Sequence record: PQ341120.1
DNA from: Escherichia phage EAWsc9
Length of the DNA stretch: 64,000 bases
Direction: 5' to 3' (one strand)
Part shown: positions 17,968 to 27,414 of the stretch, one piece after another
Layout: every line of letters starts with the position of its first letter
Position numbering within the stretch: position 1 is the first letter of the stretch
Translations under genes and position numbers: made by a program
The notes under the pieces: model-generated
The model's input: only the letters and a program-made list of their open reading frames with translations
Database searches by the model: none
What the model was told of the DNA's origin: nothing

Positions 17968-18978
17968 TTAACGATAATAGGAATTGTGGTTGTCAAGATA
18001 TACCTCTTCAACAAACTTGTCCCAGAACTTCATGTCTACCTTATCAGGCATACCATTCTTAGCAGCCTGGATGGCCAGAACTTCAACTAAATCGACAGTA
18101 TCTTCAAGAAGTTCTTGAACTTCTTTAAATGGCAATTCACCAGCTTTAATCAGCTTAATGATAGAGGCTTCACGCAATGGGAATACCAAGTCACCCGTTT
18201 GGTAGATTTCCATCAATTGATACCCTGCACGATAAGCATGGCTCAGTGCTTTCCAATCAATACCTTCGTTAGCTTCTGCTTTACGAGCACGTTCACCATA
18301 TTCGGCGTCGAGTTTATTCAGAGATTGCTTGAGCTCGATTAATGACAGAGTAGTTTGGTATTTACGACCGAGGACAGTATAGAACGTTTGAGGACCTGTT
18401 TTCTCATGGTTATGAAATACCCATTCGCAGAACTCGTTTTCAGGGAGTCTGTGTTTGATATCTTCTACCTTAGTACGTCGTTGCTTAGCGGAACCATCTT
18501 CTTGATAGTCAACCCATTGTTCAGGAATCTGGTTAACAATTTCCAATACACCACGCAGTGCAGCCAATCGAGAACCTTTAACACCATATTTGGAAGCTTG
18601 CTTACGGACGTACCCCAAATAGGCTTTCATGTTAGTTGTATAGAACCGTGAACGGTTGTCCTGAATAAACTTCCATACATCTGGTAAATCGGATTTGACT
18701 ATCAGGTCAGCCGGGGTGTGAATCATATCCAGAGCAACGGTTTCGCCATCAGCCGCCAGTTTAAAGAAATATTTCAGACTATAAAGTTCATGGTCAACAT
18801 CATCTTTTGTATTTTTGGTAGCCGTGTTATTCGTGTTCAGGTTGGTATGGTTCATCGCGGTTCCGAGCAGGATATCTCGCGGATGAGGAACAAAGATTTC
18901 TTTAAAATCGACATCAGATTCCGGGGTACTTGTTCCATAAAGATGGCTACCGAAGTAGCCTTTCATAATAGCTTTCAT
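17968..18978 (-). CDS. Pol-beta-superfamily nucleotidyltransferase-fold protein
   Basis: start at 18978 (ATGA overlap with upstream stop) gives 336 aa; N-terminal GS-x10-SDVDF matches the hG[GS]x9-13Dh[DE]h signature. Confidence 0.5.
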   Translation of the reverse strand: MKAIMKGYFGSHLYGTSTPESDVDFKEIFVPHPRDILLGTAMNHTNLNTNNTATKNTKDDVDHELYSLKYFFKLAADGETVALDMIHTPADLIVKSDLPDVWKFIQDNRSRFYTTNMKAYLGYVRKQASKYGVKGSRLAALRGVLEIVNQIPEQWVDYQEDGSAKQRRTKVEDIKHRLPENEFCEWVFHNHEKTGPQTFYTVLGRKYQTTLSLIELKQSLNKLDAEYGERARKAEANEGIDWKALSHAYRAGYQLMEIYQTGDLVFPLREASIIKLIKAGELPFKEVQELLEDTVDLVEVLAIQAAKNGMPDKVDMKFWDKFVEEVYLDNHNSYYR

Positions 18979-19427
18979 TCTTTGTCCTCGAAGTGGATTA
19001 CTGGGCACATCTTAGATTTACGAGCTTTGATATATTGAATGAAAACATTTTCTTTAATTTCCTTTCCTTCACGTTTAGCTTTAATGCGTTCCCATTCTTT
19101 TTCTTCTTTACGTAAATCGTACCAGGCCCATAAATTCATTAGACCATACATTAGACCAAATGCTACCGTCAGAATAAGAGCCAGTGTAGCTAGTCCTAAA
19201 ATAAACCCTAAGCCTAAACCGACCGGGGTGCTTAATACAAAGAAATGCTCTAATACACCTGCACCCGCGACAGTTAATCCAAAAACCATACTACCGATAA
19301 AAACGGCACAAACAAAACAAGCCCAAACCATTTTCCAGAAATAAGCACACAAAGAGTGTGGACGAGAATGACGGTCATAAAAACGGTCGTGGAAACGAGC
19401 GTGCCATGAGTTTGTATTGATAATCAT
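18975..19427 (-). CDS. hypothetical membrane protein
   Basis: 150 aa; two to three hydrophobic helices followed by a charged tail. Confidence 0.4.
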   Translation of the reverse strand: MIINTNSWHARFHDRFYDRHSRPHSLCAYFWKMVWACFVCAVFIGSMVFGLTVAGAGVLEHFFVLSTPVGLGLGFILGLATLALILTVAFGLMYGLMNLWAWYDLRKEEKEWERIKAKREGKEIKENVFIQYIKARKSKMCPVIHFEDKE

Positions 19428-19438
19428 AATAATTTTCC

Positions 19439-19999
19439 TTAAGAGTTCATAGTTGGGATAACAGAGTTCAGATAAGAGACTAAAACTTTTAGCTCGTCCT
19501 TAGTAAATACCACTTCACTTTCGCCGTCATGTCTTTGGACAATAGATAACAGGTCACGGCCGTTATGTTGATGCACAGTTAATTCAGTATTATAATCTAG
19601 TTCCTCTTCATCGCCTTCAAACGTTTCACTAGAGCGAATCAGTGCATCTTGTCCCGGAACTTTCCATTCAACTTCCGGTTTACATTCTTCCTGGAAGAGT
19701 TTGAAAATACAATCAAAGAATTTATCAGAATCGCTAATGCTCAGGCATTCTATACCATTTTCCAGATTAAACCCATTTTCATTTTTATAGATATAAGCGT
19801 ATAGCTCATCGTTAATATCGACAGGAGCACTATTACGTCCATTGAGATAGTCAGCTCTATCCAAAACCATTAAATCATAAAGTGGTTTAATATCTTGGAT
19901 AGTCAGTACGATTTTATCGTCTTCTTGGCAAAGCTCGATTGCGTTATTAACCACTTCAGCAGTCAGTTCGCCAAACAATTCAGTTGTTTCAATAATCAT
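19439..19999 (-). CDS. hypothetical acidic protein
   Basis: 186-aa minus ORF. Confidence 0.4.
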   Translation of the reverse strand: MIIETTELFGELTAEVVNNAIELCQEDDKIVLTIQDIKPLYDLMVLDRADYLNGRNSAPVDINDELYAYIYKNENGFNLENGIECLSISDSDKFFDCIFKLFQEECKPEVEWKVPGQDALIRSSETFEGDEEELDYNTELTVHQHNGRDLLSIVQRHDGESEVVFTKDELKVLVSYLNSVIPTMNS

Positions 20000-20009
20000 T
20001 TTCTGTTCC

Positions 20010-20294
20010 TCAACGGTTATGTTTTAAAATACTATAAAGCGCTTCTACTTGGCTTGCATCCAGGTAAATAACATCATCATCTTGCTCAATGGAAATCCCA
20101 CCGGTATTACCTTTAACAAAATTACATTCGCATACTTCAACTGGGCGGTATACGTCACCAACTGGATGCTCAGGCTCCAGAACAATCACACCATTTTCAG
20201 AATTACCGCTTGGGTCATATAACATTACATTTTCCTCACTAACCACGAAAAGAATAAACCGATTAAAATAGGACCTATAATCATTGTTGACCAA
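20010..20294 (-). CDS. hypothetical protein
   Basis: 94-aa minus ORF. Confidence 0.35.
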   Translation of the reverse strand: MVNNDYRSYFNRFILFVVSEENVMLYDPSGNSENGVIVLEPEHPVGDVYRPVEVCECNFVKGNTGGISIEQDDDVIYLDASQVEALYSILKHNR

Positions 20295-20316
20295 GCCCAG
20301 GGTTCTAAGTAATAAA

Positions 20317-20574
20317 TCATCTCATGCTCCTGTGCCAACAATTTCTTGGTTCACGTTTAAAAATTTCATCATGCATTGATTGACAACCAACACAATATAT
20401 CACACCTTTAATCGCTTGTCTCCGCGCTTCAGGAATTTTTTCGTCGCAGTCAAAACAGAATTCAGCAGACTCCCTTTCAACTGCAACTTGTGCTCGTGCG
20501 TGAACGATAGCGGCTTGGACAACCGCTTCCATCTCTAACTGTTCAGCACCATCTTTTGCAAATCCAACAGCCAT
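20317..20574 (-). CDS. TraR/DksA-family C4 zinc-finger protein
   Basis: 85 aa; CFDCDEKIPEARRQAIKGVIYCVGCQ = CxxC-x17-CxxC; TAATG coupling with upstream ORF. Confidence 0.55.
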   Translation of the reverse strand: MAVGFAKDGAEQLEMEAVVQAAIVHARAQVAVERESAEFCFDCDEKIPEARRQAIKGVIYCVGCQSMHDEIFKREPRNCWHRSMR

Positions 20575-20756
20575 TATTCTTTCAACTCATTCAGATAAGC
20601 AATTAATTCTTCTTTAGAACTATTCAAATCACGCTTGCACTGTTCTATTCCAGAATATGAATAACCTTCACAATATTCAACAGCCAGGTCATTGGATGCA
20701 TTTTCAATGTGCCAGGCGAGTTTGATAATTTTTTCAATCTGTTCAGTAGTTAACAT
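20574..20756 (-). CDS. hypothetical protein
   Basis: 60-aa minus ORF. Confidence 0.3.
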   Translation of the reverse strand: MLTTEQIEKIIKLAWHIENASNDLAVEYCEGYSYSGIEQCKRDLNSSKEELIAYLNELKE

Positions 20757-20994
20757 AATATCACCAGTATTTTTTGATGGTAGAAATTAATTCTTGGACT
20801 TGAGTAGTCTTCAGCTTACACCCACAACCCTTTAAGGTATCTTTAAGGAGCCATGGTTCCTTGAGCTCATCCTTTTCCAGGCGAATTCTATATCCGCGGT
20901 AATCAGCAAATATGCTTCCGTCATCAAATATCTTAATTTCAAGAATATGATTATTGGTTTCATATTCTTGAAACCATGGTATTTGTAAGTTTCA

Positions 20995-21201
20995 TTATTC
21001 CACCACATATGATAATGAGAAAATTGCTGATGAAAGATGGGTAGCATCTTCTTCACACAGTTCAAATGGAGCTTTCTGTAAGAGTTCAACCACTTCTTCA
21101 TCAGTGGCACTGTCCATAAAGATTGCATAATCATTAAGATAGATAACAACCTCATCACCAGTATTAACTGCATCAATCTTGATATTTTTAATTCTCATCA
21201 T
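20995..21201 (-). CDS. hypothetical acidic protein
   Basis: 68 aa; ATG at 21201 behind GAGGAGAAC RBS and promoter 21227-21256. Confidence 0.35.
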   Translation of the reverse strand: MMRIKNIKIDAVNTGDEVVIYLNDYAIFMDSATDEEVVELLQKAPFELCEEDATHLSSAIFSLSYVVE

Positions 21202-21226
21202 GTTCTCCTCAGTAGTTGATGGGATA

Positions 21227-21256
21227 ATAGTACACCCTTTTTATGAGGATGTAAAC
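21227..21256 (-). promoter_or_regulatory. early sigma70-type promoter (-35 GTTTACA, 17 bp, -10 TACTAT)
   Basis: plus tgtaaac 21250-21256 and atagta 21227-21232. Confidence 0.45.
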
Positions 21257-21266
21257 CCCCTAAATG

Positions 21267-21296
21267 AAAAAAGGTCCACCCGAAGGCAGACCTTTT
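21267..21296 (-). terminator. intrinsic terminator
   Basis: minus strand AAAGGTC...GACCTTT stem followed by TTTTCATTT, just downstream of ORF 21300..21683. Confidence 0.5.
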
Positions 21297-21299
21297 GAA

Positions 21300-21683
21300 T
21301 TACTCTAGTGTTAACAGATACTTAGTCTGAAAGAAAACTCCAACGATATCGTCCAGAGTCGATTGAATAGCCTTAGGTACAACTTTATAGACTCTTTCCG
21401 AGCTTTTAATCATTTCATCTAAAAACAAAATTGTATCTTTCGGCAAGTCCGAGGCGGACGGTAATGCAGCTTTGTATTGTTTCCCGCTGTAACCTAACCA
21501 TTGCTCACTGAACTGGTCGAGTGGACCTTGGATTTCTGTGAAGTAGAAATCATAAGCTTTATGGCGGGCGTAACTTTTGGTTTCAAGATGGGCAGATTTA
21601 AAATAAGCCAAAGAGACTAACAACCACCCAATATATGAATCCACCTCAGACCCACGACCCGTTACGAAATCATCAAATTTCAT
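21300..21683 (-). CDS. hypothetical protein
   Basis: 127-aa minus ORF downstream of rI. Confidence 0.4.
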   Translation of the reverse strand: MKFDDFVTGRGSEVDSYIGWLLVSLAYFKSAHLETKSYARHKAYDFYFTEIQGPLDQFSEQWLGYSGKQYKAALPSASDLPKDTILFLDEMIKSSERVYKVVPKAIQSTLDDIVGVFFQTKYLLTLE

Positions 21684-21966
21684 CTTCCAATTTTACCTTC
21701 ATTAATTTAGCGTATTCGACTGCAGCAGCACGGCCATCAATTTGACATGTGATTTCATTTACACATTGGCTCTTATTGTTCCATTCAGTTTTAATAAAAG
21801 CCCAAAATTGTTCGGACTGCTCGACGCTTGGTTCTTTGAATTGCGAATAGATTTGCATCGCACTATCTGCATACTGGGTAAATTTACCATCTGTCGCAGA
21901 GGACATATTTGGGCCTAAACAGCCCATTAGTAATAGACTTAGAGAAAGTCCTCGAATAAGGTCCAT
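21673..21966 (-). CDS. rI: rI lysis-inhibition regulator (membrane/periplasmic)
   Basis: internal ATG at 21966 behind AAGGAG gives 97 aa; signal-anchor LSLSLLLMGCLG; SVEQSEQFWAFIKTEW...GRAAAVEYAKLMKVKLE resembles T4 RI from memory; same length as T4 RI. Confidence 0.65.
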   Translation of the reverse strand: MDLIRGLSLSLLLMGCLGPNMSSATDGKFTQYADSAMQIYSQFKEPSVEQSEQFWAFIKTEWNNKSQCVNEITCQIDGRAAAVEYAKLMKVKLEDEI

Positions 21967-22040
21967 AAAGGACTCCTTATTGTTGGTCATGATTACGCTT
22001 TGCAGCCTTAACATAGCGGAATACTAGTTAGTAACTGTAT

Positions 22041-22316
22041 TTATAATCTTTTAAATTTGAAGCAATACATTGCAAATAAATCAGAAAAATGTCTATCAAC
22101 CCATATTCTTTGCACTGGACTAGTAACAGTCAGCATATAATGTGATTTTTGTAAATTTATTCCATTTTTATTCGGGCATTCTTTATTAACAGAATGGTAC
22201 GTGCTTGCTACTATTTCAATTTCCCTTTCATATCTCTCGCTATCTGTTTGTGTGGGAATAAATGCAATTCCAGCAATAACAAAAATAGAGATATACGTCC
22301 AAACCTTGTATACCAT
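22041..22316 (-). CDS. hypothetical membrane-anchored protein
   Basis: 91 aa; N-terminal hydrophobic helix YISIFVIAGIAFI. Confidence 0.35.
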   Translation of the reverse strand: MVYKVWTYISIFVIAGIAFIPTQTDSERYEREIEIVASTYHSVNKECPNKNGINLQKSHYMLTVTSPVQRIWVDRHFSDLFAMYCFKFKRL

Positions 22317-22323
22317 GCGAACC

Positions 22324-22896
22324 TCAGCTTGTTAATTCGAGCCAATGTTTTCTGCATAAAGATACGTACGATTCATTCCCACCGACTAACACTTGCTCGC
22401 CGTCCTTTACAGCAGCACCGTCGATTACTCTCGCGGTCATGGTTGCTTTCCGGCCGCAATGACAGACGCCCTTTAATTCAACCAGTTTATCCGAAATAGC
22501 CAGAAGTCTGGCTGAACCGGGAAATAATTGACCCCGAAAATCTGTTCTTAACCCGTAACACATAACGGGGATATTGTAATTATCAACCACTTGAGCTAAC
22601 TGGTCAATTTGCTCTGGTAACAAAAATTGAGCTTCATCGACCAGGACACAGTGGATATCCTTTTGAGACTCGGCCCATTTATAGAATTCAAACAGGTTCA
22701 TGTCGGCCGTTACCAGGTTTGCTTCCTGGCTAATACCAATACGTGATTTAATTTCAGATTCCGAGTCCCGATTATCAATAACAGGTTTTAGCAAAAGCAC
22801 GCTCATTCCACGCTCTTTATAGGAATAAGCTGCAGTCAGCAATGAAGCTGTTTTGCCTGCATTCATTGCTGCGTAATGATAAATTAAACTCGCCAT
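22324..22896 (-). CDS. tk: thymidine kinase
   Basis: 190 aa; P-loop NAGKTASLL, VDEAQF, and C-terminal CHCG...C zinc site typical of TK1-family kinases. Confidence 0.9.
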   Translation of the reverse strand: MASLIYHYAAMNAGKTASLLTAAYSYKERGMSVLLLKPVIDNRDSESEIKSRIGISQEANLVTADMNLFEFYKWAESQKDIHCVLVDEAQFLLPEQIDQLAQVVDNYNIPVMCYGLRTDFRGQLFPGSARLLAISDKLVELKGVCHCGRKATMTARVIDGAAVKDGEQVLVGGNESYVSLCRKHWLELTS

Positions 22897-22905
22897 ATCA
22901 CCTTC

Positions 22906-23091
22906 TTAAAGCGTATTCACATAAGCTATTAATTCGTTTTCTTTCGCATCAAATCGATTAGCAAATTCTTCTTGCTGTTCGGGAGATAGCGGGCCATATT
23001 CATCGTAAAAAGCGTTTGCTTCTGCATGCTCTTCTAAAAGCTCATGGATAAGCTCAAACAATCTACTTTTCTGACTAATACTTAAACTCAT
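22906..23091 (-). CDS. hypothetical protein
   Basis: 61-aa minus ORF. Confidence 0.3.
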   Translation of the reverse strand: MSLSISQKSRLFELIHELLEEHAEANAFYDEYGPLSPEQQEEFANRFDAKENELIAYVNTL

Positions 23092-23294
23092 TTCGGTTCA
23101 CCATATCGCACAAATTTAGGATGTTCGCAATAACCAGAATGAAAACCTTCGCCTTTATGGTTAATGCACCCTTTATTGGAACAGTACCACCAGTAATCGA
23201 ATTCGCAATTCATTTCATCATTGCATAAAGCTGCGATTACTGGCCATTCGCATTTTTCACATTTGGCCGTTTTAAGAATTCGGGCTTGGCTCAT
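23088..23294 (-). CDS. hypothetical Cys-rich protein
   Basis: 68 aa with CEKCEW...CNDEMNC...CSNKGC...CEH pattern. Confidence 0.3.
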   Translation of the reverse strand: MSQARILKTAKCEKCEWPVIAALCNDEMNCEFDYWWYCSNKGCINHKGEGFHSGYCEHPKFVRYGEPK

Positions 23295-23453
23295 AATTCA
23301 ATTCCGTCCATAGCCAAAATTCTTTTTCGTTGGGCCTTGAGAGCTTCATTAGCCCGGTCATAATCTTCTTGACTACCGCTAGGCTGTAAAGCCGCTACTT
23401 TTTTGGCCAAGTGAATAAGCTTATCCAAGTTTTCAACAATACGTTCTTGTTCT

Positions 23454-23918
23454 TCATTCAGTCTCATAATCCACCACTATTAAATCAATATCAGGAGTAA
23501 ACATGTCGATTAATTTAGAAACCTTTTCCCAATCTCCACCTGCAATACCACAACCAATGCGAGGAATGTAAATTACCGGTTTAAACAAAAGGGTTTCTGC
23601 TTGTAGATTTAATTCTATCATACAATTTACTAAAGCACCATAATCAAGATTAGGGCCCGGTTCATATTGGGTGTACAAATTATAACACATACCAAACCCA
23701 GTAGGTTTATGTTTAAAAACAATAGACATATCGCCTAATTTATCACGAGAACCATATTCAGTAGTGGTTTTATCTATTTCTAAAACTTTTGGATAAGCCT
23801 TCGCCAACTGTCCAGCTACACCAGAACCCATTGTGTGGAAGCAGTTGCAACCATGAGCAATAATATTGCCTTGAAGAAAGAGGGCGACGATATCGCCCTT
23901 AATATACTGGGTAATCAT
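23454..23918 (-). CDS. macrodomain (ADP-ribose-binding/processing) protein
   Basis: 154 aa; IAHGCNCFHTMGSGVAGQ and IPRIGCGIAGGDW align to the two glycine-rich macrodomain motifs of YmdB/MacroD-type proteins. Confidence 0.55.
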   Translation of the reverse strand: MITQYIKGDIVALFLQGNIIAHGCNCFHTMGSGVAGQLAKAYPKVLEIDKTTTEYGSRDKLGDMSIVFKHKPTGFGMCYNLYTQYEPGPNLDYGALVNCMIELNLQAETLLFKPVIYIPRIGCGIAGGDWEKVSKLIDMFTPDIDLIVVDYETE

Positions 23919-24274
23919 TTAGAGTTCAATCCTCTATTATATGAATCCACTAACCTGTCAACCATACTGGTGCAGGCCGCCTTATATTTTGCACTTGAAA
24001 GAATGCAATCCATTTCAAATAATTTCTTTTCATATTTGTTGGATAATACATTCTTTTTCAAAAGTGTATGTTCAACATCATTTTGACCATCTTTATATGC
24101 CGCGGTGAGCTTGGCGCTGAACTGGATTACACAATCCACATTGCTTGGTGCGCAATAATCTTTAGCCGTCCTCGTTGCATATTCTATGATGCTGTTGTTG
24201 TCATCGCTCTGTACTGAAGCTATTCCTCCCATGCTGAATACTAACCCTATGGCTAAAGTGATAACTCTTACCAT
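23915..24274 (-). CDS. hypothetical secreted/periplasmic protein
   Basis: 119 aa; N-terminal signal-peptide-like segment MVRVITLAIGLVFSMGGIASV; four Cys. Confidence 0.4.
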   Translation of the reverse strand: MVRVITLAIGLVFSMGGIASVQSDDNNSIIEYATRTAKDYCAPSNVDCVIQFSAKLTAAYKDGQNDVEHTLLKKNVLSNKYEKKLFEMDCILSSAKYKAACTSMVDRLVDSYNRGLNSK

Positions 24275-24276
24275 TT

Positions 24277-24819
24277 TTAATCCACCGTTTTTAATAGGCC
24301 TCGTGATTTTAAGTAGTTAGCTTTTTCTAGGACCTGTGAAGCATACGTATTACCAGCTTTCACATTCCATCCTGCGTTATATGATGATAGTGTTTTCCTT
24401 ATATCCCCCTTATGAATATTCAACCAGTATGAAAGCTCAATGTAAGCCCAGCGTGCACTGTTCTCTCTCTTGCTTATCATTTTGATTATTTCTTTATCTG
24501 TCATTGTCCACCCAACCTGTTTCACGCGTTCGCGCACGGTTGGAAGATAATTTTGGAATATACCATATGCATGATGCTTATCTTTATTTAATCCAGTATT
24601 AATCCCAGCAGAACTCTCCTGCCAGGTTAAACCAGCCATGATATATCCCAAACCATTATGTTGGTGCGGATTTTCTTTGTACTTACCATTTTTCTGGAAC
24701 TGTTCTCCAAACGCATAAGCATATTGGAGGTTTTCCATTTGTTCATTACTGAAAGTAGGCTCTACGCTATGGGCAGACATACTAACTGTCAATAGTAAGG
24801 TGGCGATTACTTTTTTCAT
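24277..24819 (-). CDS. secreted lytic transglycosylase (SLT-domain) protein
   Basis: 180 aa; signal peptide MKKVIATLLLTVSMSAHS; SLT motifs WQESS, YGIFQ, SYNAGW. Confidence 0.55.
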   Translation of the reverse strand: MKKVIATLLLTVSMSAHSVEPTFSNEQMENLQYAYAFGEQFQKNGKYKENPHQHNGLGYIMAGLTWQESSAGINTGLNKDKHHAYGIFQNYLPTVRERVKQVGWTMTDKEIIKMISKRENSARWAYIELSYWLNIHKGDIRKTLSSYNAGWNVKAGNTYASQVLEKANYLKSRGLLKTVD

Positions 24820-24829
24820 GAATTCCCCA

Positions 24830-25288
24830 TTAGATATAAATCACTTTTGTGCTAATTTTTCCTTCCAGACGATTAGAGTTAACAAACGCCATACGACAAC
24901 ACATGGTCGGAGACTTCCCAGGAATAGCGGGGTTAACTGTCATTCCTAACCATAGGTTCTTGTCCGTGATTTCCAGACGAAGTGGACGGTAGTTCACATT
25001 CGGGTCAATTTGTGCTTCAACTTCCGGGAGTGGTTTCATCTCCAAGAATTCAACGATTTCTTTTACATGTGGTGTGATTTTTCCAAACAAGTCAAAAACA
25101 TATTGTTCATCAATTTCACGTTGGATTGCACGGTCCAACAGGTGCGGACTGTACTTAATGAAGAATGCTTCAAGGCCTGCTTCTTTACAAGCCTTGTTGA
25201 TAGCATTATTAATTTTGAGGAACTCCGTTTCAAAAATGCGACGAAGTTTATTGCGGCGAATGTAAACACTTGAATCGATAGTAGTCAT
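24830..25288 (-). CDS. regB: RegB site-specific endoribonuclease
   Basis: internal ATG at 25288 behind AAGGAG gives 152 aa; VYIRRNKLRRIFETEF...KYSPHLLDRAIQREIDEQYVF matches T4 RegB from memory. Confidence 0.85.
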   Translation of the reverse strand: MTTIDSSVYIRRNKLRRIFETEFLKINNAINKACKEAGLEAFFIKYSPHLLDRAIQREIDEQYVFDLFGKITPHVKEIVEFLEMKPLPEVEAQIDPNVNYRPLRLEITDKNLWLGMTVNPAIPGKSPTMCCRMAFVNSNRLEGKISTKVIYI

Positions 25289-25344
25289 GATTATCTCCTT
25301 TTGTTTGATGGGATAATCATAACTCATTTCAATCTGCTTGTACA

Positions 25345-25924
<580 letters not shown>

Positions 25925-25928
<4 letters not shown>

Positions 25929-26143
25929 TTCACTTCCTCATCAGATGCAGTATCATATTCTACCAAACGAAGGCCATCATATCCGCCACGAACAGAGATA
26001 TACGTACTCGGATAAACAATTTCTTTACCATTCCATTGGCCACCGTCCCAACATTCCATAAAGCCTTGTTCGCCCTGTTCGTGGAACCAGTCAACAAACA
26101 GCTTCAGAGCTTCTTCAGAACCTTCAATTGTCAATTTAGACAT
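25925..26143 (-). CDS. hypothetical protein
   Basis: 72-aa minus ORF. Confidence 0.3.
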
Positions 26144-26432
26144 ATTTTTTCCAATCAGAAATCATATGAATCTCTTGGTCATAAGTCAAGAGACTACGAG
26201 TAATAATACCCTTACAAGGCCCAGAGATGAACTCGAGAGTAAAGTAAGGAACCTGTTTCATTAATCGGATACTTGGAGCATGACATCTAAAACGAGAGCC
26301 CTTAAAGGGCCCCGACATGAATACATATTCTAATGGATAGAAATAAGCATATTCAAAATTTGTAGTAAGGTCCTCTCTTCGGACCTTACGTGAGAAATAG
26401 CAGAACTCAAAAAGTTCTTCATCAGTCATCAT
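26136..26432 (-). CDS. hypothetical protein
   Basis: 98-aa minus ORF. Confidence 0.35.
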   Translation of the reverse strand: MMTDEELFEFCYFSRKVRREDLTTNFEYAYFYPLEYVFMSGPFKGSRFRCHAPSIRLMKQVPYFTLEFISGPCKGIITRSLLTYDQEIHMISDWKKYV

Positions 26433-26956
26433 TGCATTCCTATCACAAAGAACAGTGGCAGAGGTTTAGAACCTTGGCACATAAATTTATTCATCATTGT
26501 CTGATAAGCTTCATAGAACTTATCCATCGCTGGTAGGCGAATAGGCTCTTCAATAATAATCAATAATCGGGTAACAGATAGTCCACGGTACTTGTGAAAA
26601 TTATCTTCGTCTAAAAATGAACGAACAGTATCATATACAACAAACCCCGGTCGTTCAACATTAAGATGTGGTTGAGCTTTAGAAACCCGTTTTATTATAT
26701 TACAGATTTCTCGTGAGCGATGCGAAGAACTCGACATAACAATCACATCATTACCCTTAGAAACCCAATCCACAGCAAACTGTGCAATGGCACTTGTTTT
26801 ACCTGTTTGTCTTCCGCCGTCAAGTCTAAGAGTACCAAACTCTTGCATTCTTGAAGCGGGTTCATACCAGGCGTATTGGTCTGAATCTAAGCGTTCAATG
26901 GCGCGTTCAGCGAAGGCGTGCATTAAGGTTAGATAAATTGGAGTTAAAAATTTCAT
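26429..26956 (-). CDS. P-loop NTPase-like protein
   Basis: 175 aa; Walker A-like GGRQTGKTS. Confidence 0.4.
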   Translation of the reverse strand: MKFLTPIYLTLMHAFAERAIERLDSDQYAWYEPASRMQEFGTLRLDGGRQTGKTSAIAQFAVDWVSKGNDVIVMSSSSHRSREICNIIKRVSKAQPHLNVERPGFVVYDTVRSFLDEDNFHKYRGLSVTRLLIIIEEPIRLPAMDKFYEAYQTMMNKFMCQGSKPLPLFFVIGMQ

Positions 26957-27105
26957 AGTTGTCTCTTAATTGTGGGGCCGTTCCTTGGCACATTAATTCA
27001 TCCCTTTCTGCATTTACCCATTACCGCACTTGGGCTCGACCTTATTACAGGTTGGTGGGAGTCCCTCACAGAATTGTGAGGTCCAGGTTGCTCCCCATTT
27101 AATTA

Positions 27106-27366
27106 TTACGCTTTACCGCCGGAAACAATACCAAAGGTCTCAAAGTCCCATTCAATATCATCAACATCAACTTTCTTACCAGCAACCACGAATGCGATTT
27201 CGCGACGTTTTGCATAGGTGACAATTTCTTTACCATCACCACCAAAGAAAGAATAACCATTGCGCTTCATGGTGCCAAAGTCTTCAGCATCGCCAGCAAA
27301 GGCGCGAACTTTAAAAGCACCAGTAGGAGCTTTGGCTTCTGTGATAAATTCTTGATAAGTTTTCAT
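27106..27366 (-). CDS. internal-protein-like protein with N-terminal capsid-targeting sequence
   Basis: ATG at 27366 gives 86 aa starting MKTYQEFITEAK; 5' DNA end nearly identical to those of the 40042 and 40353 genes. Confidence 0.55.
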   Translation of the reverse strand: MKTYQEFITEAKAPTGAFKVRAFAGDAEDFGTMKRNGYSFFGGDGKEIVTYAKRREIAFVVAGKKVDVDDIEWDFETFGIVSGGKA

Positions 27367-27414
27367 TTTATATTCCATTGTTTGGTTGATAAAATCATTA
27401 TACAACCTTTTTAG

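Noticed and set aside
20832-21176. 114-aa minus ORF 20832..21176
   Set aside because: Overlaps ORF 20995..21201 in another frame; the latter has the promoter and RBS; composition of the 114-aa ORF is junk-like.
22906-23294. Assignment of a small tk-regB interval ORF as an Acb2-type cyclic-nucleotide sponge
   Set aside because: Position is suggestive (T4 vs.4 region, from memory) but I cannot match any sequence motif by eye, so no call was made.
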